From Planctomycetota bacterium (GTDB lineage Bacteria; Planctomycetota; Planctomycetia; Pirellulales; PLA5): a stretch of DNA of 29,661 nt. The position numbers and the translations under genes were made by a program. The stretch covers positions 1-29,661 of the forward strand of contig QEVJ01000070.1 in assembly GCA_003576845.1 (NCBI GenBank), read 5' to 3'. This document shows positions 1 through 9,100 of the stretch, in pieces. Position 1 is the stretch's first letter, and the number at the start of each line of letters is the position of its first letter. Under the pieces are notes generated by a model that saw only the letters and a list, made by a program, of their open reading frames with translations, ran no database searches and was not told the origin of the DNA.

Positions 1-1
1 T

Positions 2-60
2 GACGGTCCTCCTGTGCAGTCCTTGCGACTTGCCAAACGAAGCAGGAGGATCGTCTTTTT
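2..60 (+). terminator. Putative intrinsic terminator for an upstream plus-strand gene lying outside the window. The window itself begins with TGA.
   Basis: The 13-bp arms gacggtcctcctg (2-14) and caggaggatcgtc (43-55) pair with one G-U. They are followed by TTTTT (56-60). The long loop makes this weaker than a textbook terminator. Confidence 0.3.
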
Positions 61-200
61 CGCTCGCCCTTCAAATACGAACTCTTCGATTCAACATAAC
101 TACCCAGCAACAAAGAACTTAACCGTGCTATCACTCTCTAAAGTGGCGCTGTCCAATTAGGCTTTCAAATCACCTCGATTTAAGGTTTAAGCGTCTCGCA

Positions 201-1571
201 TCAATGCACATCCGCCCCGCCGAGCTTCTCTTCGACCTTATCCGCCTGCCAGGCGATCGCGGTGAGCAGCTTCGTCACTTCGGGCAAGCTCGCCGTCGAG
301 GCGAGTTGATTTGCCTGTAACACGGCCATCGAACCGCTCGGGCCGTCGACGATCGCGAACGCGCCGTAGACCATTTTCGTGTTGTACTTGAGCAACGCGA
401 GGGCGTTTTCCGGCGTGGCCGCCCCGCAGTTCGACGCGAACGAGATGATCTCGTTGCCGTGCTGGTCCTTGCCGCCGAACGTCACGGAAATGTGCTGCTT
501 TCGCAGCGCGCCGACGGGCACCGTGATCTGCCACGTGTCGCCGCTTTCGCTAATCTGGCCGCCGGCCGCTTGCACCGCCGAGCGCACGAGCACCTTGGGA
601 TCGCCGCCCGGGCCCGCCAGGTCGTCGAAGCTCAGCGCGCCTGCGGGCGGAGCCATACCGGCCGCGACCGTTGCTGCAGGAGCAGCTTGAGCCGGAGCCG
701 ATTGCTGCGGCGCGGCTTGTTGCCCTGGTTGCATCGCCTCGCGGATCATCCCCGGCATCATCATGCCGAAGCCGGCGCCCATGCCCATGCCCATCGCGCC
801 GCCCGCGCTTCCGCCGCCTTGCTCTGCCATTTTGGCCATGCTGTTGGCCGCCTGAAACTTCATGTAGGCGTTCAGATCGCCGACCGCGCCCATCGAACTG
901 CGGGCGTCGATCGCCTTTTGCACTTCCTCCGGAGGCGTGATCGAGTTGATGAAGAAGTCGACGAGCTCGAGGCCGTATTTGCCAAAATCGTCGGCGAGCT
1001 TGGCCCGCGTGCCCGCGCCGATTTCGTCGAACTTTGCCGGCAAATCCAACATGCCGACGCCGGACGTGCCCAAGAGATCGGTGAGCCGCGAAACGATCTG
1101 ATCCTTGAGATAGGTCGCGATTTCGTCGGTCGTATACTTGCCTTGCGTGCCGACGAGCGTGCCGATGAGCAGCTTGGCATCGACGACGCGGAACGAGTAC
1201 TTGCCGAAGCTCCGCAGGCGGACCATGCCGAAGTCTTTGTCGCGGACGATAATCGGCTGCCGCGTGCCCCATTTCTGGTCGAGAAACGTCTGCTTACCGA
1301 CGAAGTAGACCTGGGCCTGAAACGGCGACTTTTCCCACGGAATCGTCAAGAGCCGCGTGAGAATCGGCACGTTCATCGTCGTGAGCGTGTGCCGGCCGGG
1401 ACCGAAGGCGTCGAGCGCCTTGCCGTCGCGAAAGAAGACCGCTTCCTGGTTCTCCTGGACGATGAGCTGCGCCCCGAGCTTGATGTCGGCCGAGCCTTCC
1501 TGGGGCACGCGATGCACGAGCGACGTGTTCGTATTGTCGAAAAAGTCGATGACTTCCAGGCGGATGCCCAT
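201..1571 (-). CDS. SPFH/band-7 (stomatin-like) domain protein with a Gly/Ala/Met-rich low-complexity linker and a C-terminal YbjN-like (putative sensory-transduction/chaperone-like) domain.
   Basis: The N-terminal half ([13 protein letters not shown]...[14 protein letters not shown]...[14 protein letters not shown]) looks like a band-7/SPFH domain. The C-terminus (GDTWQITVP...ISVTFGGKD...ISFASNCG...YGAFAIVDG) looks like YbjN. Start is set at the ATG at 1569-1571 (MGIRLE). The track start at 1691 is a GTG that adds 40 non-homologous residues. Confidence 0.7.
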   Translation of the reverse strand: MGIRLEVIDFFDNTNTSLVHRVPQEGSADIKLGAQLIVQENQEAVFFRDGKALDAFGPGRHTLTTMNVPILTRLLTIPWEKSPFQAQVYFVGKQTFLDQKWGTRQPIIVRDKDFGMVRLRSFGKYSFRVVDAKLLIGTLVGTQGKYTTDEIATYLKDQIVSRLTDLLGTSGVGMLDLPAKFDEIGAGTRAKLADDFGKYGLELVDFFINSITPPEEVQKAIDARSSMGAVGDLNAYMKFQAANSMAKMAEQGGGSAGGAMGMGMGAGFGMMMPGMIREAMQPGQQAAPQQSAPAQAAPAATVAAGMAPPAGALSFDDLAGPGGDPKVLVRSAVQAAGGQISESGDTWQITVPVGALRKQHISVTFGGKDQHGNEIISFASNCGAATPENALALLKYNTKMVYGAFAIVDGPSGSMAVLQANQLASTASLPEVTKLLTAIAWQADKVEEKLGGADVH

Positions 1572-1825
1572 CGGAGAACTCCGGACTTCGGGGGTCGGGA
1601 TTCGGGGACTGGAGCGGTGGCACGGGTGGCTTGTCGACCCGTGAGAACCGCCGTTTGACTTGCCATTCTCTCCGCGCCTACGCCGACACACAACTGGCGC
1701 AACGGATCATTCGCATAAACGGGGGTGAATCTTGGAATGCGACGTGGGCTTATCTACACTGGGGTTTGCCGTCGCGCGGCGTTTGCCGTGCGACGCGCCC
1801 ACCCACCATCGCCAAGGATCTCACC

Positions 1826-3127
1826 ATGCTACGAATCCGACCCCATCTGCCCTTTCCCTCTGCGACCTCTGCGCAACCTCTGCGTCTCTGCGTTAAAAAA
1901 CGAACCAGCCTGTTTTTGACCGGAGCCAAGAGCCGTCGAATCCTTGCCACGATCGCACTAGTTGCACTCGCCAATGTCGCCCAAGCCGCCGATCCCGTCT
2001 CAGGCGACAAGATCGAATTCAAGAAAACCGTTCTCGACGTGAAGTTCCGCAGCGAAGGCGTCGCCGTGGCCGACTTCAACAAGGACGGAAAGCTCGACGT
2101 CGCCACCGGCCGCGTGTGGTTCGCTGCGCCGGACTGGAAGATGCACGTCGTCGAGGGCGACGGGAAGGATTTCGACCCGCACGGCTACAGCGGCAGCTTC
2201 TGCAACTTCGCCGACGACTTGAACGGCGATGGTTGGCCGGACTTGATCCTCGTCGACTTTCCCGGCACGCCGACCTATTGGTACGAGAACCCAAAGGAAA
2301 CCGGCAAGCCCTGGACGCGGCACGTGATGGCCAAGGTGTCGAACAACGAAAGCCCCACGTATCTCGATGTGGACGGCGACGGGATACGCGAGCTGGTGAT
2401 GGGAATTGCCCCGGCCGACAACGTCGATGGGCCACAGCGGCAAATGGCGGTCCTTGCGCGGACCAAAGACCCGACGGCGGAATGGGCGGCCCGCGTCGTC
2501 TCGACGAAGGGCGCGCCGGGCACGGTCCGCTATGCCCACGGTCTCGGCGTCGGCGACGTCAACGGCGACGGCCGCAACGACGTACTCGTCAAGGAAGGCT
2601 GGTGGGAAGCGCCGGCCGATAAATCCGCGTCGCCGTGGCAGTTTCATGCGGCCCCGTTCGGGGCGGATTGTGCGCATATATACGTGTACGATTTCGACGG
2701 CGACGGCGACAACGACGTGCTCTCGTCGAGCGCCCATCAAGTCGGCATCTGGTGGCACGAGCAAACGAAAGCCGATGACGGTAAACCCGCGTGGAAGACG
2801 CACGAGATCGAACGCAGCTTTTCGCAAACGCACAGCCTGATGCTCGCCGACATCAACGGCGACAGCCTCCCCGATTTCGTCACGGGCAAACGCTGGTGGG
2901 CCCACGGACCGGGCGGCGACATCGACCCGAACGCGCCGGCCGTGATGTTCTGGTTCGAGCTAAAGCGGGACGGCAGCAAGGCGACGTGGATCCCGCACCA
3001 ATTCGACCACGACAGCGGCGTCGGCACGCAGTTCGAAGTCGTCGACCTCAACGGCGACGGATTGCTCGACGTCGCAACGGCGAACAAGAAGGGCGCGCGG
3101 ATTTTTATCCAGGAACGGAAGTCGTAA
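1826..3127 (+). CDS. Secreted FG-GAP/VCBS-repeat beta-propeller protein with seven Dx[ND]GDG-type repeats.
   Basis: Seven repeats are visible: DFNKDGKLDVATG, DLNGDGWPDLILVD, LDVDGDGIRELVMG, VGDVNGDGRNDVLV, YDFDGDGDNDVLSS, ADINGDSLPDFVTG, VDLNGDGLLDVATA. Start ATG at 1826 sits behind an AAGGA Shine-Dalgarno. A signal peptide reads ...RRILATIALVALANVAQA|ADP. The gene converges on the giant gene with a 19-bp gap. Confidence 0.85.
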   Translation: MLRIRPHLPFPSATSAQPLRLCVKKRTSLFLTGAKSRRILATIALVALANVAQAADPVSGDKIEFKKTVLDVKFRSEGVAVADFNKDGKLDVATGRVWFAAPDWKMHVVEGDGKDFDPHGYSGSFCNFADDLNGDGWPDLILVDFPGTPTYWYENPKETGKPWTRHVMAKVSNNESPTYLDVDGDGIRELVMGIAPADNVDGPQRQMAVLARTKDPTAEWAARVVSTKGAPGTVRYAHGLGVGDVNGDGRNDVLVKEGWWEAPADKSASPWQFHAAPFGADCAHIYVYDFDGDGDNDVLSSSAHQVGIWWHEQTKADDGKPAWKTHEIERSFSQTHSLMLADINGDSLPDFVTGKRWWAHGPGGDIDPNAPAVMFWFELKRDGSKATWIPHQFDHDSGVGTQFEVVDLNGDGLLDVATANKKGARIFIQERKS

Positions 3128-3146
3128 CGGCGACTCCTTGCCGTTT

Positions 3147-6100
3147 CTAACGTCGCCGGAGAGCTCGGGCAGCACGGATCGAAGCCGTCGCTGATTGCTC
3201 GTTAGTGCGCGTGGCTCGTAGCTCCGTTTCGCCAAGCGCGATATCGACCGCGGAAACTACGGAAACGGCCTCACGAACGCGGCGCGACGCACGACGGGCC
3301 GTCAACGTCGATTCGCCAGCGGCATTTCCGTCAATGACCTGTGGGTTGGGCCGTCGAGCCACGACCGCAGCCGCGGCGGATGCGGCCGGCGAACCCGCGC
3401 CCCCACTTTGCCCATAGAGTCGGGCAAACATCGCGACATCGGTTCGATTGACCGTGCCGTCGGCGTTGAGGTCGCCTTGGCTGGGAGTTGCGCCGCTGGC
3501 GATTCCCAGGTGCGCTTGAAGAATCGCCAGGTCGACAAGACCCACGATCGTGTCGCCATTGAAGTCGCCGGGCACGTTGACCGGCGAATCGGGTCCGCCC
3601 GGCGAACCACCGATGGTCGCGCTCGCCCGCCAACCGGTTGCGACGTTCCACTCGCTCTTGGCCGCGTTCAGGTCGACGACGACGAGCGATTTTCCCGGCC
3701 CGTCGGTTTCGGGATACCAGATGTCGTCGTAGGTGAAGTCGTGGAGCGACGCGCCGACGGATTGAGCGAGCACGATCCGCTCTCCGCCGTTGCTGAGGTT
3801 GCCGGAATACTCGCCGGCGATGGCCAGGCCGGTCGTGTCGTAGCGCGTCGCGAAGGCTTGCTGATTGCCGACGACGAGGACGTAGCCGCCGGGCGGCAGC
3901 GACGTGACGGCGCTCGCCGTGAAGTCGAAGGTAATGCCGGTGGTGAATTGCACGCCCGTCAGATCGAGTGTCCGCGTCGTACTGAGGTTGACCAGCTCGA
4001 CGAACTCGAACTCTTCGGCATCCGTGAAGCCCGCGGCGACCTCGGCCGTAGACGGTTCGGCCGGGTGATACATCAGCTCGCCGATCCGCAGAAAATCTTC
4101 GAGCGGCCGATCCGAGTAAGTGCTCGTCACCGTGACCGAATCGGTTCCGATGAGATTGCCCTGGAAGTCGTAGGCCTCGAATTCAAGCGTCTGCGTGCCG
4201 AAGTCGACGGGAATCGTCGCCTGCCACGTGCTCACGCTCGGATAGGTCGCGGCGATCGGGTCGTCCATGCCGGCGACGCGGATTTCGCGGACGTTGATCC
4301 AGGCCGAGCCGCCGAGCGTGACCGTCGGGCCGTCAACGGTGATCTCTTCGCTGCCCGAGGCGACCTCTTCGGCGACGAGCTGCGGCGAGATGAGCATATC
4401 GCTGCTGCCGGAGCCTTGATTGAGGCCGTGAATCGCGAGCACGTTCTCGCCGGCGACGAGGGCCGAGCGAAAGGCGGTGATATCGAACTCCTGAAACTGA
4501 ACGGCGGCGCCGTCGTCGCGGTTGGCCGTCGCTTCGCTGTTCCAGCCGAGCGTCGCCGGGGCATTGGAAGACGCCACGCGCACGCCGTTGAGGAACGCGA
4601 CGAAGCCGTCGTCGTACTTCATCCGCAGCTTGAGCCGGTCGAACGACGCCGGGTCGGCGACGTTAAACGGCACGCGGACGTAGACGCTGTTCGTGTCGTT
4701 CGTGCCGTTGTTGTCCGCGTCGATGGAGGAGAGGATGTCGATGCCGATAAGGTTTTCGTACCCGCCCGTGCGTTCGTAGCCTACTCCCGTCGGTCCGGTC
4801 AGCCAGCCGGCCGTATCGAAACCGGCGCTCATCCACGAATTGCCCAGGGCATCGCTCGTCGGCACGAGCGCGAAGGCCGTCGCCGGTTCGTCAACGAGCG
4901 TCGTCGAGTTGACCGTATCGCCGGTGGACGCGGAGAACGGCACCGCGGGCGGAAGCTGGCTGGCGATGAACGCGCCGCGATTGTCGAGATAGGTGAGCGC
5001 CGGCGCAAAGTTCTGACCCGGCAACAGGCTGCTGTAATGGGTCGTCCAATAGGCCATGTAGGCGCTGTTGAACGTCGTGTTCATCAAATCGTGCAAGTGG
5101 CCGTAGAACAGCCGTTTGTTGGCCGGAATGTCGACGACCTTGCGGATGTTGCTATTGGGGAACGGATCGGCGTTCGTCGGCAAGCCGAATGCGCTCAAAT
5201 CCCAGTCCCACGGAAAGGCCAGGACCTTGCTGTCTTCGGGTCGGACGAACAACCGCAAGTTGTGCGGCAGGCCGCGCCCGTACAGGTCGGAACCGGCGCC
5301 GGCGAGCGATTGCGCCGCGAACACGCGCATCCACTCGTCGACGTCCATCGTGGCCTGCGTGGCGAGGTCGAGCGCCCCGCCGTTTGTGCTGCCCGTAAGG
5401 CTCATCGCCTGGAGGAACTCGATCAGGTCGCTGTAGTCCGACTCGCGGCGAGCGTTCTGCAAGCGGAAATGCCAGCGGTACTTCTCGACGTCTTCGCCCA
5501 AGTATTCCAAGTCGATGTTGTACGATGGATGGCCGTAGCCCGTCGGAACTTTCGGTCCGTCGGGCAGGCCGTTCGACGTGTTGTTCTGGTAATAGATCAA
5601 ATCGAAGTTGTAAACGGGACCGTCGCTGCCGTTGTCGTATTGCTCGTCGAGAAACACGTCGCTGTACTCGCCGAGCATCAGAATCGCGTCGTCGTTGACG
5701 TTCCCCTGGGGCGAGATGAGGTAGACGAGGTCGTCGTACTGCCCGGGCAACCCGCCGCCGGCATTCGCGACCATGTGCTTGATGAGAAACTCGTCCTGGC
5801 CGTTCGGAACGATCGCGCCGCGGCCGGAGCGGTCGATGGCGATGTCTTCGTGGACGCCGCGGAACTTTTGATCGGGGTTGAATTTGACCCGGAAGCTGAC
5901 AAACGCGGTGTTGGGCCGCGCGGCCATGCTGCCCTTGAGCGACACGCCGACGTTGTAGTAGACCTCCTGCTCGTCGTAGACGACCGTTGCCCGCATCTCC
6001 TCGCTGCTCATCACGTTGGTGACGTCGTGGAGCCAGGCGGCGTCGGCCGGGGTCATGATGATGCGGAGACTGTGCTTACCGGCGGCGGGCTGGGCCTGGC

Positions 6101-9100
6101 CGTCTTGCACCTTGTAGAGCGTTCGCGAAGCCGCGCCGGCTGCGGGATACGTCGATGCCGCGCCCAGACCGTCCGTGCCTTCGACGAAAAACTGCACGAT
6201 CGCGCCGGCCGATGCTTGTCCCGGGATGACGCCCATGTAGTGTCCGCCGCCGGCGTGCGTCATCGCGACGCTCGCGAGCGCCCCGCCATTGACCGAGTAG
6301 CGCAGCGTCATGCTTGCGACGCCGTCGGGATCGGCCGCTTGCACCGACACCGTGACCGCTTCGCCCAACGCAGGAACGACGGGCGTGTGCTCGAAGCCTT
6401 CGTAAGTCGGCCCGGCGTTTACGACCGCGCGAGAATTCGGCGCGCCGGGCGTGCCGCCGTGGGCCGGCGAATCGAGGGTAATCCGCCGCGCGAGGCGATT
6501 GAAGTACAGCCGCGTGTTGAACTGATCCGTTCCCGCAAGCCACTTCGCCCGGAACGAGATTTCGTACTCGCGGCCGTTGACGGCGGGCTGGTTGCCGACG
6601 AACGTCGTCTCGGCATGGTTCGAGCGGTCCTGGGTGTACCCGGTGGAGATGAGCTTGAGCACCTTGTTCGTCGGGTCGGTCGGATCGGCGACGACGAAGC
6701 TGCGCTGGTGATTGCCGTTGATTCGCCACGACGCGGGAAGCGCGCCGATCGCGTCGCCTTGGAACGAGCCGTTGATGATTTTCTGCACCGGCGCCGTGCC
6801 GGGCGACTCGATCACCGAAATATCGTCGAGCAAGACTTCGCCGTCGCCGAACAGGCCCATGACGAACTCGTTCCAGCGCGCCGGCGGAAACTCGGCCATC
6901 GCCACGCCGCGGTACGTGAACGTCTTCCACTCGGATTTGCCCGACTCGTCGCTGGCTTGCCAGGCTTCGGCCCGCGAGTTGTCGGCGTCGGGATCGGCAA
7001 GTTCGAGGCTCGAACCCAGGCCGTCGGCGTAGCTCGACCAGCGTCCGCCGTCATAGTAGCGAACCGAGTCGGCGACGTTGTTTCGCGGGTCTTTGAGGAC
7101 AATGCGGTCACTGCTGTTGGAAAGCCCGCCGTTGTAATTGCCGACGATCGCAATGCCGGGATAGATCGCGGCGAGGGCCGCGGCGGCGTTGGATACGACT
7201 AGGTAACCACCTGGGTCGATCGTCGTCCCAGCGGGGAAGTTGAAGTCGATGCCCTCGTCGAGCCGCCAGCCGGTCAGATCCACCGGCGAATTGCCGCGAT
7301 TGTAGAGTTCGATCCATTCCTCGCCGACTTCCATGTATTCGGTCGCCGGGCTGGTTTCGACGACCGTGGCCAGCGCCATGCCGAACGCGACGTCGGAGTC
7401 GGCGGCGCCTGCGGCGGCGTTGATCTCGATCTCGTCGATGGCGATATCGTCGTCCGAAACCTTGATGCGCAGGCCCGTGGCTTGGATAGGGCTGCCGTCT
7501 CGCGCGAGCGTGTAGCGGTGGCGCAGGTACGGCGTGAAGCCGGGTCCCGCGGCGCCGTAGGTCACCGTGCCGATGGTCTGCCACCCGGTCGCGGCGTTGC
7601 CGGTTTCGGCGGTTCCCGTGCCGGGCGCGGCGACGTTCGTGATCTGGATCGTGTACGTGCCGATCGAACGATCGCCGCACGTTCCGCCGCAGGCATCGGT
7701 AACCGTATTGCCGTTGTCGCGTCCCCACGCGATGCTCGAAAAACTTAGCGTGCCGCCGAAGTTCAGCCCGATGTAAGGATTCGGGTCTCCGACCGGGAAG
7801 TTGGCAAGCCAACTGTTCGAGTTGCCGTACTTGCCGTCGCGGATATTGGCAATCAAGTGAATGCCGCCGCCGTATTGGCTGCTGCCGAACGCCGTGACGC
7901 TGGGATTGAGCGCATCGTTAGCGGGAGCGAGAGCCGGATTCGCGGGGCTGTAAAAATCGCCGTCGCTACCGTCCCAGGCAATTTGAAAGTTCGGTTGCGG
8001 CGCAATCTGCGGACCGCCGCCGGTCGGCGCCGTCGCTTGATGGACCTCGACGGCGAGAACGTTCGTTCCGTTCACCAATCCCGTCGCCGGCACGATAATC
8101 GGTCCGGCAAGTCCGGCGTCGTCGACGATGGTGAGCGCCGAGGTGCCATAGTCGATGTCACCGGCGGGCATGTTGTGGCGATAGATTTCGACGCCGTTGA
8201 GATAGAACACCGCGCCGTCGTCGACGACCGGTGAAAGGCTCAACTTGGCGTTCGCCAGCTCGCCGGCATAATCGAACGTTTTGCGGAAGTAATACGTCTC
8301 GCGCCCCGCTGCAAGCTCGGTATTCTTGGGCGCGGGGAGCGTCCCCGCTTCGCTGTGGAACAAGCCCGCGCCGCTCGGCCACGCCGAGTCGTCGTAGGCC
8401 GCCGCACGCCAGGCGACGCCGCGGTCCGTGCCCGAGTCATCGTACTTCCACGTCGCATCGAGCGGAAACACCGGCGTTTCGTCGAACTCGGCCGGGCGCG
8501 GCTGAATCGGCCGGTGATGGTACATGATCTCGTTGATGACGATTTCGTCGTGCAGGGAAACGGTGTTTGCCGCGCCGGGGGTGAGGGCTTCGACGTAATG
8601 CCAATCGCCGGTTCCGCTCGGCGATCGGCCGCGGGCGGCCGTCTTGACGACGATCGCATCCAAGAGGACCGTCTTGCCGGGCGTGTACAAGAAAACTTTG
8701 TCGCCGTCGGCGGCGCCGAAACCGAGTTGTGCCGTGGTGAGCGATAGATACGCTCCCGGCGCGAGCGACGACGCCGGCAGCACGTAGTCCGCCGCGGTCG
8801 CTCCATCGCGGGTAATCACCACGCCGGTCAGATCGAGCGTCGTGTCGCCGCGGTTGTACAGCTCGACGGCGATATTCTCGCCAGCCGCGGAAACCTCGTT
8901 GAGGGCGAGGTTCGGCAAATCCGCGCCGGTTTCGATAATCGTTTCGGCGACCTTGAATTCCGCGGCAAACGTGACGTCGTTGCTGCCGATCGTGGCCTGG
9001 TGTACTTCGACGGCAATTGCATTCTCGCCGGGCTGCAACGCGGCCGCAGATACCGTGAACGGTCCGGCATAGCCGGCTACGCCGACGGCGAGCGACGCCG

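Noticed and set aside
1572-1919. N-terminal extensions in the ORF track (1691, 10199, 11607, 16518, 25415, 26575, 28676) and the small ORF 1725-1919.
   Set aside because: Track starts are GTG or TTG codons translated as M. They add non-homologous, SD-less extensions that sometimes overlap upstream genes or terminators. Internal ATG/GTG starts with SD motifs and signal peptides fit better.
3408-7202. 1264-aa ORF on the plus strand overlapping the giant gene.
   Set aside because: Its translation is Arg/Val/Asp/Gly-rich low-complexity with no recognisable domain. The opposite strand encodes coherent LTD, CotH and dockerin domains. It is an antisense artefact typical of GC-rich DNA.
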